64,000 nucleotides of DNA, from NCBI GenBank assembly GCA_036382875.1, contig DASVPJ010000033.1, positions 1,660 through 65,659 on the forward strand, given 5' to 3'. The position numbers and the translations under genes are program-made. Positions 49,868 through 59,103 of the stretch are shown piece by piece. Position 1 is the stretch's first letter. Each line of letters starts with the position of its first letter. Origin of the DNA: Mycobacteriales bacterium (GTDB lineage Bacteria > Actinomycetota > Actinomycetes > BP-191). A model generated the notes under the pieces. The model was not told where the DNA came from and made no database searches. It worked only from the letters and a program-made list of their open reading frames with translations.

Positions 49868-50908
49868 CTAGCGGGGGCGGCGGTGGTCGGCGGTGTGCTC
49901 GTGGTGGCCGTCGCCGCGCGGGTCGGTGTGCACGATCGCGTCGGAGAGCTTCGGGACGTCGTGCAGCAACGCGTGCTCGGCGTGCTCGGCGACGCGGTGC
50001 GCCTCCACGACGGTGCGGTCGGCAGCGACCACGATCCGCGCCTCGGCGCGCAGCGCGTGGCCGATCCAGCGGATGCGTACCTCGGTCACGTCCTCGACGC
50101 CCTCCGCGCCGCGCAACGCCGCCTCGGCCGCGTCGACCAGCGACTCGTCGACCGCGTCCATCAGCCGCAGGTACACGTCCCGGGCGGCGCTGCGCAGCAC
50201 GACGAGGATGGCGACCGTGATCAGCAGGCCGACGATCGGGTCGGCCTTCGGGTAGCCGAGCCAGACGCCGACCGCGCCGAGCAGCACGGCGAGGCTGGTG
50301 AAGCCGTCGGTCCGCGCGTGCAGCCCGTCCGCGACGAGCGCGGCCGAGCCGATCTCGCGGCCGACCCGGATGCGGTAGCGGGCCACGACCTCGTTGCCGA
50401 CGAAGCCCACGACGGCGGCCGCCGCGACGGCACCGACGTGGCGCACGTCGCGCGGGTCGAGCAGCCGGTGCAGGGCCTCGTAGCCGGCCAGCGCGGCGGA
50501 GGCCGCGATCGTGAGGACGATCGCGATGCCGGCCAGGTCCTCGGCGCGGCCGTAGCCGTACGTGTAGCGGCGGGTCGGCGGCCGCCGGCCGAGGGTGAAC
50601 GCGAGCCACAGCGGCAGCGCGGTCAGCGCGTCGGCGACGTTGTGCAGCGTGTCCCCGAGCAGCGCGACGCTGCCGGTGAGCACGACGACGAACCCCTGCG
50701 CCACCGCGGTGACGCCGAGCACGAGCAGCGAGACCTTCAGCGCGCGGATGCCCCGGTCGCTGGACTCCAGCGCGTCGTCCACCTTGTCGGCCGAGTCGTG
50801 GCTGTGCGGCGCGAAGAGCTCCTTCAGGGCACCCAGCGGGCCGGACGGGTGGTCGTGGGAGTGGTCGTGGCCGGAGCCGTCGTCGTGGTGCTCGTGCGGC
50901 GCCGACAC
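49868..50908 (-). CDS. Cation diffusion facilitator (CDF) family metal efflux transporter
   Basis: His-rich N-terminus HEHHDDGSGHDHSHDH. TM2 motif LLGDTLHNVADAL and TM5 HARTDGFTSL. Has a C-terminal cytoplasmic domain. Confidence 0.9.
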   Translation of the reverse strand: MSAPHEHHDDGSGHDHSHDHPSGPLGALKELFAPHSHDSADKVDDALESSDRGIRALKVSLLVLGVTAVAQGFVVVLTGSVALLGDTLHNVADALTALPLWLAFTLGRRPPTRRYTYGYGRAEDLAGIAIVLTIAASAALAGYEALHRLLDPRDVRHVGAVAAAAVVGFVGNEVVARYRIRVGREIGSAALVADGLHARTDGFTSLAVLLGAVGVWLGYPKADPIVGLLITVAILVVLRSAARDVYLRLMDAVDESLVDAAEAALRGAEGVEDVTEVRIRWIGHALRAEARIVVAADRTVVEAHRVAEHAEHALLHDVPKLSDAIVHTDPRGDGHHEHTADHRRPR

Positions 50909-50988
50909 TTGCGCACCCCTCCCTGCCCGTGTGGACTATCCAATCTAGAGCGGGCCGCCGGCCCGCGCGGCGAACGGGAGGCGTCGAC

Positions 50989-51426
50989 GTGGCTACCGCG
51001 GGCTCCGCGGAGGGTCAGCGCACGGCCGCGGACCGGCTCGGCATCACCGCCGGCATGGTCGTGCAGGAGGTCGGGCGCGACGACGACAGCGACGGCGAGC
51101 TCGTCGACGCGATCGTCGAACGCACCGGCGTCGAGCCGATCGGCGACGACAGCGACGACGTCGTGGACGTCGTGCTGCTGTGGTTCCGCGAGGACGACGG
51201 CGACCTGGTCGACGCGCTGATGGACGCGCGCACCCGCCTCGACAACAACGGCTGCATCTGGGTGCTCACGCCGAAGGCCGGCCGGGACGGCCACGTCGAG
51301 CCGAGCGACATCATGGACGCCGCCCCGACCGCGGGGCTGACGCAGACCGCCACCGTGTCGGCGTCGAAGGACTGGGCCGCCGCCAAGCTCGTCGTGCCGA
51401 AGGGCCAGCGCGCGCCGCGCCGTTAG
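50989..51426 (+). CDS. DUF3052-like conserved actinobacterial protein
   Basis: GTG at 50989 after GGGAGG. LGITAGMVVQEVGRDDD...DVVLLWFREDDGDLVDALMDA...IWVLTPKAGRDGHVEPSDI is the family pattern. Confidence 0.8.
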   Translation: MATAGSAEGQRTAADRLGITAGMVVQEVGRDDDSDGELVDAIVERTGVEPIGDDSDDVVDVVLLWFREDDGDLVDALMDARTRLDNNGCIWVLTPKAGRDGHVEPSDIMDAAPTAGLTQTATVSASKDWAAAKLVVPKGQRAPRR

Positions 51427-51436
51427 GGGTCGTCTC

Positions 51437-51892
51437 GTGGTGGACGTGGGTCAGCCGGCGCCGGACTTCGCGCTGAAGGACCAGAACAACCAGGTCGTCG
51501 CGCTGGCCGACTTCCACGGCCGCCGGAACGTCCTGCTCGTCTTCTACCCGTGGGCGTTCACCCGCGTCTGCGGCTCCGAGCTCCACGCGCTGCGGGACTC
51601 GCTCGCCGACTTCCAGAACGACGCCGTCCAGGTGCTCACCGTCAGCGTCGACTCGCCGTACGCGCACCGGGTGTGGGCGGAGCGGGAGGGGTTCGACTTC
51701 CCGCTGCTGGCGGACTTCTGGCCGCACGGCGCGGTGGCGCGGGCGTACGGCTGCTTCGACGAGCAGCGCGGCTGCGCGACCAGGGGCACGTACGTGATCG
51801 ACCGGGACGGCGTGGTGCGCTGGCGCGAGGTGTTCGCGATCCCGGACGGGCGCGACCTCGGGGCGTGGCGCGAGGCGCTGGCCGGGGTCTAG
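51437..51892 (+). CDS. ahpE: 1-Cys peroxiredoxin AhpE
   Basis: 151 aa, closely resembling M. tuberculosis AhpE (PAPDF.L.DQN.Q.V.L......NVLLVF.P.AFT..C..EL..LRD ... FPLL.DFWPHGAV..AYG.F.EQ). Confidence 0.9.
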   Translation: MVDVGQPAPDFALKDQNNQVVALADFHGRRNVLLVFYPWAFTRVCGSELHALRDSLADFQNDAVQVLTVSVDSPYAHRVWAEREGFDFPLLADFWPHGAVARAYGCFDEQRGCATRGTYVIDRDGVVRWREVFAIPDGRDLGAWREALAGV

Positions 51893-51894
51893 CG

Positions 51895-52215
51895 GTGGGC
51901 TGCTACGTCTGCGGCACGCGCCAGACCGACCCGGCGCGCGGGGCGTCGCCGTGGCAGCGCGGGGTCGTGCACGACGTGCAGGTGCTCGGCTGCCCGGCCT
52001 GCCAGGCGTCCGGCGCCTGGGCGCGGGTGCTGGACACGTGCGCGGCGTGCGGGTCGACCGCGCTGGTGCGCCGGCTCGGCGAGACGGTGTGCCGCGCGTG
52101 CGGGCACTCCGGCGGCGGGGTCGCCGCCGCGGACGCGCCGCCGCCCGCCGCGACGCGACCGCTCGGCGACGACGTCGCGGCGGCGCTGGACCGGATGTTC
52201 CGGCAGCTCCCGTAG
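51895..52215 (+). CDS. Cys-rich zinc-ribbon protein (hypothetical)
   Basis: GTG at 51895, 106 aa, with four CxxC pairs (CYVC, CPAC, CAAC, CRAC). 2 nt after the ahpE stop. Confidence 0.65.
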   Translation: MGCYVCGTRQTDPARGASPWQRGVVHDVQVLGCPACQASGAWARVLDTCAACGSTALVRRLGETVCRACGHSGGGVAAADAPPPAATRPLGDDVAAALDRMFRQLP

Positions 52216-52217
52216 GG

Positions 52218-53558
52218 CTACGAGCGCGGCCGGGCGAAGCGCGGCAGCAGCCGCCCCCGGCCCGGCTGCGGCGTCGCCTGCTCGGGCACCGAGACCGGGC
52301 CGACCGGCACCGGCTCGGCCGGCGCGGCGACCGCCTCCTCCGGCACCCGCGGGCGGGCCGGCAACGTCGCGAACAGCGCGCCCGACGCGACCGCGAGCCC
52401 GACGCTGCCGAACCACAGCACGCCGTGCCCGAACGCGAGCGCGGTGCTGCCGAGCACCGGCCCGACGGTGAACGCGAGCGACCACGACAGGCCGAGCGCG
52501 CCGGCGTAGCGGCCGCGCAGGTCCGGCGGCGCGAGCGACGACATGTACGCCCACCCGGTCGGCGAGCCGAGCATCTCGCCGACCGTCCAGACGAGGACCG
52601 TGGCGAGCAGCAGCGGGACCGACCGGTCCACCAGCCCGGTGAGCGCGTAGCCGCCGCCGAGCACGAGCGCGCCGGCCGCCATCACCGCCGGCGCCGGGTA
52701 GCGCCGGGTGCGGCCGCTGATCCAGAACTCCGTGGCGATGATGAGCAGCCCGTTGACGCTGATGATGCCGCCGTAGACGGCGGGGCTGAACCCGCGCTCG
52801 GTCAGCACCAGCGGCAGCGTCACCATCGTCTGCGCGAACACCAGCGCCATGACGAACGAGCCCGCCCAGAAGCGGCGGAACACCGGGTCGGCGAGCACGT
52901 CGCGGAAGCCGCGGCCGGGGCGTTCGGCGTCGGCCGCGCGCGGCGCGGCGGCCGCCGCCGGGCGGGTCTCCGGCAGCAGCGCGAGCGCGACGGCGGCGTA
53001 GATCCACGAGGTCGCCGCGTCGGCGAGGAACAGCCGGACGAACCCGATGTGCGTGATCAGCACGCCGCCGAGCCCGGTGCCGACCGCGAAGCCTAGGTTG
53101 ACGACGAGCCGGAACAGCGCGAACGCGTCGATGCGGCGTTCGGCGGGCGTGAGGTCGGTGAGCATCGCCGAGACGGCCGGGCGGCCGGACTCCGACACCG
53201 CGCCCGCGACGAGCGCGACGGCGACGACCATCGCGGGGTGCTGGGTGAGCAGCAGCGCGGTGATCGCCAGGCCGCCGAGCAGCGGCGAGCCCACGACGAC
53301 GGGCTTGCGGCCGAGCCGGTCGGCGAGCGAGCCGCCGGACAGCGCGGCGACCATGCCGCCGGCGCCCCACGCCGCCATGGCGATGCCGGCGTAGCGCAGC
53401 GAGAGGCCGCGCTCGTTGTGGAGGTAGATCGTGAGGAACGGCACCGCGAAGCTGCCGGCGCGCGTGATCAGCGTGCCCGCCAGGAGGATCCAGACGGCAC
53501 GGGGGAGTCCGCGCATGCGCCGGGGCAGCAACCGGGTCATGGGTCGTGTGTAGCGCAC
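52218..53558 (-). CDS. MFS transporter
   Basis: About 12 TM segments. The MFS loop motif GSLADRLGRKP is present. Alternative start at 53540. Confidence 0.85.
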   Translation of the reverse strand: MRYTRPMTRLLPRRMRGLPRAVWILLAGTLITRAGSFAVPFLTIYLHNERGLSLRYAGIAMAAWGAGGMVAALSGGSLADRLGRKPVVVGSPLLGGLAITALLLTQHPAMVVAVALVAGAVSESGRPAVSAMLTDLTPAERRIDAFALFRLVVNLGFAVGTGLGGVLITHIGFVRLFLADAATSWIYAAVALALLPETRPAAAAAPRAADAERPGRGFRDVLADPVFRRFWAGSFVMALVFAQTMVTLPLVLTERGFSPAVYGGIISVNGLLIIATEFWISGRTRRYPAPAVMAAGALVLGGGYALTGLVDRSVPLLLATVLVWTVGEMLGSPTGWAYMSSLAPPDLRGRYAGALGLSWSLAFTVGPVLGSTALAFGHGVLWFGSVGLAVASGALFATLPARPRVPEEAVAAPAEPVPVGPVSVPEQATPQPGRGRLLPRFARPRS

Positions 53559-53617
53559 GCCTGGAACAAGAACGACCGGGTTTCCGGGATTCCCGGCCGG
53601 TACCCTCGGCGGGAAGA

Positions 53618-53690
53618 GGGCGCGTAGCTCAGCGGAACGAGCACTCGGTTTACACCCGAGCGGTCGCAGGTTCGACCCCTGCCGCGCCCA
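53618..53690 (+). tRNA. tRNA-Val (anticodon TAC), CCA encoded at 53691-53693
   Basis: Acceptor GGGCGCG/CGCGCCC, D arm GCTC..GAGC, anticodon arm CTCGG-TTTACAC-CCGAG, T arm GCAGG-TTCGACC-CCTGC, discriminator A. Confidence 0.95.
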
Positions 53691-53902
53691 CCATCACGGG
53701 TGCGGTGGTCCGCTGCCGCGGCAGTGGTCGTGCCGGCCGGTCACTCCGTGCACCAACACGTGCCGTCACAGGTCAGGCAGGTAGGGCAGCTCGGGCAGGT
53801 CGTCAGGGTGAGGGCCTGGCAGATGCTGCCGACCGTGACGACTTCGGCCCCGGCGCAGGTGGGGCGCCGGCCGCTCGGGGTGTGGCGCCCGGCGCTCGGC
53901 TC

Positions 53903-53938
53903 ACGAGCGGTCGCAGGTCAGGTCCCTGCCGCGCCCAC
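53903..53938 (+). repeat. Partial direct duplicate of the tRNA-Val 3' end (att-like relic)
   Basis: CGAGCGGTCGCAGGTcaggtcCCTGCCGCGCCCACC versus tRNA 53657-53692 CGAGCGGTCGCAGGTtcgaccCCTGCCGCGCCCACC. There are 15 identical nt on each side of a 6-nt divergent core. Confidence 0.75.
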
Positions 53939-54613
53939 CGTGAACGCGAACCCGTCCGGGTCGGCCAGCACGACCTCGCCGTCGCCCCCGGAGGCCAGCC
54001 GGGTGGCGCCGAGCGACACCAGCCGCTCGGCCTCCGCCGCGACGTCGTCCGCGACGAGGTCGAAGCGCTGTCCCGTCTCCGTCGCGGTGACCGGCGGGCC
54101 GCCCCAGGCGACCTTGGTGCCGCCGCGCGGCGACTGGATCGCGGTCTCCCCGTCCCGGTCCCACACCAGCGGCCAGCCGAGCGCGGCGCTCCAGAACAGC
54201 CCGACCTCGCGGCTGCCCTCGCACGCGACCTCGCCGAGGAGGCCGCAGCCGGCCAGGTACGCGTTGCCGTGCTCGATCACGCAGAGCTCGTTGCCCTCCG
54301 GGTCGGCCAGCACGACGTGCCCCTCCTCGGGCCGCTGCCCCACGTCGAGGTGGTTCGCGCCGAGCCCGAGCGCCGTCGCCACCGTCCGCTCCTGGTCGCC
54401 GGGGGAGGCGCTGGTGAGGTGGAGGTGCAGCCGGTTCAGGCCGTTCCTCCGGACCTGTCCGGGAACGAACCGCAGCCCGACCTGCGTCTCGTCGCCCGGC
54501 AGCAGCACCCCGTCGCCGGCGACGGCCGCGCGGCCGAGCAGCGCGGCCCAGAACCGCCCGAGCAGCGCCGGGTCGTGCGCGGCGAACGTCACCGCCAGCA
54601 GGCGCGAGGGCAC
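53918..54613 (-). CDS. Two-domain VOC (glyoxalase/bleomycin-resistance/dioxygenase) family protein
   Basis: 231 aa with duplicated VOC modules (HLHLTS..., ADPEGNELCV ; FDLVADD..., LADPDGFAF). The last 7 codons and the stop lie inside the tRNA-Val duplicate. Confidence 0.8.
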   Translation of the reverse strand: MPSRLLAVTFAAHDPALLGRFWAALLGRAAVAGDGVLLPGDETQVGLRFVPGQVRRNGLNRLHLHLTSASPGDQERTVATALGLGANHLDVGQRPEEGHVVLADPEGNELCVIEHGNAYLAGCGLLGEVACEGSREVGLFWSAALGWPLVWDRDGETAIQSPRGGTKVAWGGPPVTATETGQRFDLVADDVAAEAERLVSLGATRLASGGDGEVVLADPDGFAFTVGAAGT

Positions 54614-54687
54614 CGCCGCAGGATAGGCCGCGCGCTCCGGTAGGGTCCGGTACCGCCGACACCACCGACCCCGCGGGGGGAACCCAC

Positions 54688-55713
54688 GTGACCGGAAACC
54701 CAGCCTCGCCGCGCCGCAGCCTCGCGCGGCGCGTCGCCGGGCGGCTGCGCCGCGAGCTCGCCGCGCGCACCGCCGGCCGCAGCGCCGGGCTCCCGATGGC
54801 CGGCGAGGGCCGCGCCGACGCCGTCGTGCAGGCGGGCGCGATGGTGCCGTTCGAGGCGTGGGAGCGCGCCGGGTGGCACCTGACCAAGGCCGACTTCCTC
54901 TCGCCCATCCCGATCGTGGCGGAGCTGCCGGAGACGCTCTGGACGACGCCCTCGGAGCTGCCCGGCATCGACATGCGCGACGACGCGCAGGTCGCGATGC
55001 TGCGGGAGTTCGCGCAGCGGTTCGGGGCCGAGTTCGACGCGCTCCCGCGCACGTCGCCGGACGGCACGCACAAGCGGTTCTTCCTGGCCAACAGCGCGTT
55101 CGAGTCGGTGGACGCCGAGGTCTACTACTCGATGCTGCGTACCCACAAGCCGAAGCGGATCATCGAGATCGGCTCGGGCTGGTCGACGCTGCTGTCGCTG
55201 GAGGCGTTGCGGCGCAACGCCGACGAGGGGCACTCGGCGCACGTGGTGTGCATCGAGCCGTACCCGCACCAGTTCCTCCGCGACGCGGTCGCCGCGAACT
55301 CCGACGTCCTCGAGCTCTGGGAGACGCCGCTGCAGGAGGTGGCGCTGTCGACGTTCGAGGAGCTCGGCGAGGGCGACTTCCTGTTCATCGACAGCTCGCA
55401 CGTGCTCAAGATCGGCAGCGACGTCCAGTACGAGTTCCTGGAGATCCTGCCGCGAGTGCCCGCGGGCGTCGTCGTGCACGTGCACGACATCTTCCTGCCG
55501 GGCGAGTACCCGCGGTCGTGGGTCAAGGACGAGCACCGCTTCTGGAACGAGCAGTACCTGCTGCAGGCGTACCTGATCGACAACCGGCGCGTCGAGGTGC
55601 TGTGGGGCGGCGCGTGGATGCACGCCCGGCACCCGGCGGAGCTGGACAAGGCGATCGCGTCGTACCAGCCGGGGATCTCGTCGCCGGGCTCGTTCTGGTT
55701 CCGCCTGCGGTAG
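54688..55713 (+). CDS. Class I SAM-dependent methyltransferase (Methyltransf_24-like)
   Basis: KRIIEIGSGWSTL (motif I), CIEPYP, DFLFIDSSH. GTG at 54688 or ATG at 54796. Confidence 0.8.
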   Translation: MTGNPASPRRSLARRVAGRLRRELAARTAGRSAGLPMAGEGRADAVVQAGAMVPFEAWERAGWHLTKADFLSPIPIVAELPETLWTTPSELPGIDMRDDAQVAMLREFAQRFGAEFDALPRTSPDGTHKRFFLANSAFESVDAEVYYSMLRTHKPKRIIEIGSGWSTLLSLEALRRNADEGHSAHVVCIEPYPHQFLRDAVAANSDVLELWETPLQEVALSTFEELGEGDFLFIDSSHVLKIGSDVQYEFLEILPRVPAGVVVHVHDIFLPGEYPRSWVKDEHRFWNEQYLLQAYLIDNRRVEVLWGGAWMHARHPAELDKAIASYQPGISSPGSFWFRLR

Positions 55714-55716
55714 CCG

Positions 55717-57942
55717 CTACGCCGTCACGTCGGCGAGCCGCAGCCGCAGCCCGCTCAGGCGCACCGGCGCCGCGCCGCCGGCGAGCGTGACGTCGAGCAG
55801 CACCGCGTCCGCCGGCGGCCCCGCCTCGCGCCACGCGGTGACGTGCGCCGCGAGCCGGTCCGCCGCCTCGGCGTCGAGCGGGTCCGCGAAAAGCACCGTG
55901 ACGGGAATCGACGACAGGCCCACCGCGGCCGACACCTGGACCTGCGCCTTCGGGTGGACCCCCTCGCGGGTGAGCGCCGCGAACAGCGCGGCCAGGTGCT
56001 CCCGCAGCGGCCGCGGCCCGGGGCCGAGCGCGGCGACGTCGAGACGGAGGTCGACGCTGACCGAGGGGGCGACCCGCGGGTACCCCAGCACGGCGGTCGC
56101 GTAGGCGAACGCGGCCGGCGCGTCCGCGTTGCGGACCACGCGCAGGGTCGGGGACGCGGCCGGCCGGCGCAGCGCGTCGAGCCAGCCGACCTCGAGGGTG
56201 CGCCGCTGCGCGCCCTCCTCGCGGGACAGCGGCGTGCCGTCGGCGGCGCGGTACGTCCACGCGCGGGTCGCGCGGTTGTCGCCCGACGGCCGCGGGGGCG
56301 CGTCGACGGCGGTGCACCCCTCGACCAGCACGCGCGGGGTCGCGCCGTCCGGCAGCGAGTACGCGACGGTGACCCGCAGCGCGCCGTCGAGGGTGTCCTC
56401 GCGGATCGTGACGGGCGCGTCCGGCGGGACGGGCGGCGGCTCGCGGCCGACCCACGCGGCCCACGCCTCGTCCAGGCCCTCGGCGAGGGAGGCGAGCGCG
56501 GCGGCGGCGCCGGGGGCGCCCGGCGGGATGCGCGGCGCGGCGACCACGATGCGGGCGAGGCGCTCCGGCAGGTCGCCGCCGAGGTCGGGCGGCGCCGCCG
56601 CGAGCAGCCCGGCGTCCGGGTCGGCCTCGGGTCGCGCGTCCGGCTCGGGCGCCGCCAGCCCGAGCGTCACGTCGAGGCGGTCGTCGTCGGTCAGCTCGGC
56701 GGCGTACTCCAGGCGGACCAGCCACTGGATCGCCCGCCGCAGCGCCTCGGCCGCGTCGTCGCCGGGGTCTTTCAGGGCGGGCTCGGCCGCCGCCGCGACG
56801 GGCGGCAGCGGCAACGCGAGCAGCGGCAGCCGCGCCGGCACCTCCGCCGTCGCGACCGGCGGGTCCACCACCTCCAGCGGCCCGGCCTGGTGCTCGACCC
56901 AGCCGACGCGGGAGGCGAGCGGCGTGCCCGGCGGGCCGGCGAGCGGCCCGGCGTACGTCAGCGTCCGCGCCCCGGCCGCGAGCCGGTGCGTCCGCGGCCC
57001 CTCGACCACGACGGGGAACGCCGGCGGCTCGGCCAGCTCGTGCTGGAGCACGACCGGCGGGCGGTCGGTGAGGCGGTGCAGCAGGCGTTCGGTCAGGGCG
57101 GCCCGGGCCTCGTCCAGCGCGGCGCCGTCCGGCTCCGTTCCCATCGGGCGCAGCCCCGACGCGATCGCGGCCGCGAGCCGGGTCCTGGTCCGGGCGAGAT
57201 CCGGGGAGTCGGCGCGCTCCAGCGCGGCCAGCGCGTCGTCGGCGAACCGCGCCAGGTCGATCCCGTGGAACACCATCGTCCCGGCCGGCACGAGGCCGCC
57301 GCCCGCCTCGTCCCAGGAGTGCACCGACACCTCGAGGTCCACCGGCACCGTCGACAGCGGCGCGAGCGCGTAGACCCGGGCCTCCGACAGCGCGTACGGC
57401 GCGAGCGCCAGCGCCCAGACCGTGCGGTGCGGCCACCCGGTGCGCGGCGGCCCGTACGCCGCGAGCAGCGCGCCGCCGAACGCCTCCGCCAGCATCGCCA
57501 CGACGTCCCCGGACGGCGCCACCTCCTGCGTGGCGTCGCCGACGACGAGCGACACCGACACCTCGGTCACCTCTGGCGGCGACGGCGTCGCGAGCGTTCG
57601 CGAGAACGTCACCGGCTCCGGCGCCGGGCCCGGCGTGCCGCCGTGCTCGCCGAGCCGCCGGCCGAGCCAGCGGACCGCGGCGGCGGTGTGCTCGCGCGCC
57701 CGCTCGACCTCCTCGTCGCGCGCCGGCATCGCCGTGTCGAGGCTGCACGCGGTGAGCGGGCGTTCGGCCGTCAGGACGTCGGCGACGGCGACGAACGCCT
57801 CGCGGTCCGCCGTCGCGGCCGCGGCCCCCGCGTCGCCGTCGTAGCGCCCGGGGTCGAACGCCGCCTCGACCGTGAGCCGGGCGCCCGCGGCGTCGCGGAC
57901 GAGCCGGTACGAGTACGCGAGGGGGCCGAGGAGGGCGGTCAC
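55717..57942 (-). CDS. Large (about 741 aa) Ala/Pro/Leu-rich protein with no motif I can recognise
   Basis: Long frame with uniformly G/C third positions and a non-repetitive sequence. The only frame in this interval with protein-like composition. GTG at 57942 or ATG at 57987. The part of the ORF upstream of about 57990 overlaps the nif3-like gene and was excluded. Confidence 0.65.
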   Translation of the reverse strand: MTALLGPLAYSYRLVRDAAGARLTVEAAFDPGRYDGDAGAAAATADREAFVAVADVLTAERPLTACSLDTAMPARDEEVERAREHTAAAVRWLGRRLGEHGGTPGPAPEPVTFSRTLATPSPPEVTEVSVSLVVGDATQEVAPSGDVVAMLAEAFGGALLAAYGPPRTGWPHRTVWALALAPYALSEARVYALAPLSTVPVDLEVSVHSWDEAGGGLVPAGTMVFHGIDLARFADDALAALERADSPDLARTRTRLAAAIASGLRPMGTEPDGAALDEARAALTERLLHRLTDRPPVVLQHELAEPPAFPVVVEGPRTHRLAAGARTLTYAGPLAGPPGTPLASRVGWVEHQAGPLEVVDPPVATAEVPARLPLLALPLPPVAAAAEPALKDPGDDAAEALRRAIQWLVRLEYAAELTDDDRLDVTLGLAAPEPDARPEADPDAGLLAAAPPDLGGDLPERLARIVVAAPRIPPGAPGAAAALASLAEGLDEAWAAWVGREPPPVPPDAPVTIREDTLDGALRVTVAYSLPDGATPRVLVEGCTAVDAPPRPSGDNRATRAWTYRAADGTPLSREEGAQRRTLEVGWLDALRRPAASPTLRVVRNADAPAAFAYATAVLGYPRVAPSVSVDLRLDVAALGPGPRPLREHLAALFAALTREGVHPKAQVQVSAAVGLSSIPVTVLFADPLDAEAADRLAAHVTAWREAGPPADAVLLDVTLAGGAAPVRLSGLRLRLADVTA

Positions 57943-57999
57943 GCGGCCAGTGTGCTCCCGCGCCGCCGCGCCGGGACGAGAACCCATAAGGTCGCGCAC

Positions 58000-59103
58000 G
58001 TGGCCGCGCGAGTAGGGGACTGGGTCGCCGCGCTGGAGGCGCTGTACGACCCGCGCTGGGCCGAGCCGTGGGACGCGGTCGGGCTCGTCTGCGGCGACCC
58101 CGACGCCCCCTGCGAGGAGGCGGTGTTCGCCATCGACCCGGTCTCGGCGACGGTGGACGAGGCGATCGCGCGCGGCGCGCGGCTGCTCGTGACCCACCAC
58201 CCGTTGCTGCTGCGCGGCGTGCACGGCATCCCGGTCACCGACCACAAGGGCGCGCTCGTCACCCGCCTGGTCGAGCACGGCGTGGCGCTCTACGTCGCGC
58301 ACACCAACGCCGACAACGCCAACCCCGGCGTCTCCGACGCGCTCGCCCGCGCGCTCGGCGTCGAGGACGTCGCGCCGCTGTCGCCCGGCCCGCCCGACGA
58401 CGCGGCCAAGCTCGTCGTGTTCGTCCCGCCGGAGGCCACCCAGCGCGTGGTCGACGCGCTCGCCGGCGCCGGCGCGGGGCGGATCGGCGACTACGGCCGG
58501 TGCGCCTGGTGGGCGGACGGGACGGGGACGTTCGAGGCGGGCCCGGACGCCCGGCCGGCGGTCGGCGAGCCGGGCGAGCGGACCGAGACGGCGGAACGCC
58601 GCGTCGAGATGGTCGTGCCGCGCACCCGCCTGGCGCCGTGCATCAGGGCGCTGCTGGCGGCGCACCCGTACGAGGAGCCGGCGTACGACGTGCTGCCCGT
58701 CCTGCTCCCCAACGACCGCGGCGCCGGCCGGGTCGGCACGCTGCGCGAGCCGGTGACGTTGCGCGAGCTCGTCGCGCGGGTCGCCGACGCGCTGCCCGCG
58801 ACCGTCAACGCGGTGCGGGCCACCGGCGACCCCGACCGGCGGGTCGAGCGGGTCGCGGTCTGCGGCGGCGGGGGCGACGACCTGATCGACGCGGCGCGGG
58901 GGGCCGGCGCGGACGTCTACGTCACCGCCGACCTGCGGCACCACCCCGCCTCCGAGGCGGCCGAGCGCGGCCTCGCGCTGGTCGACGCCGGGCACTGGGC
59001 CACCGAGTGGCCGTGGCTCGCGGACGCCGCCGAGCGCGTGGGTAGGGTGGGCCGGACGCACGTCTCGACCCTCGTCACCGACCCGTGGAGCCTGCTCGCG
59101 TGA
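58000..59103 (+). CDS. Nif3-like dinuclear metal centre protein (YbgI/NIF3 family)
   Basis: WDAVGLVCGDP, LLVTHHPLL, VALYVAHTNAD, central PII-like insert, C-terminal YVTADLRHH...GLALVDAGHWATE. Confidence 0.9.
   Translation: MAARVGDWVAALEALYDPRWAEPWDAVGLVCGDPDAPCEEAVFAIDPVSATVDEAIARGARLLVTHHPLLLRGVHGIPVTDHKGALVTRLVEHGVALYVAHTNADNANPGVSDALARALGVEDVAPLSPGPPDDAAKLVVFVPPEATQRVVDALAGAGAGRIGDYGRCAWWADGTGTFEAGPDARPAVGEPGERTETAERRVEMVVPRTRLAPCIRALLAAHPYEEPAYDVLPVLLPNDRGAGRVGTLREPVTLRELVARVADALPATVNAVRATGDPDRRVERVAVCGGGGDDLIDAARGAGADVYVTADLRHHPASEAAERGLALVDAGHWATEWPWLADAAERVGRVGRTHVSTLVTDPWSLLA

Noticed and set aside
53694-53902. Integrated mobile element between tRNA-Val and its partial duplicate
   Set aside because: The interval is only about 210 nt, with no integrase or other credible ORF. 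It is reported only as an att-like relic.
55843-57999. Upstream part of the 1086-aa plus-strand ORF ending at 59103, and the upstream part of the 1114-aa minus ORF (57943..59061)
   Set aside because: The Nif3-like signature begins only at about 58000 on the plus strand. The minus-strand orphan has plausible starts at 57942 or 57987. The extensions overlap the opposite real gene and are Arg/Gly-rich.
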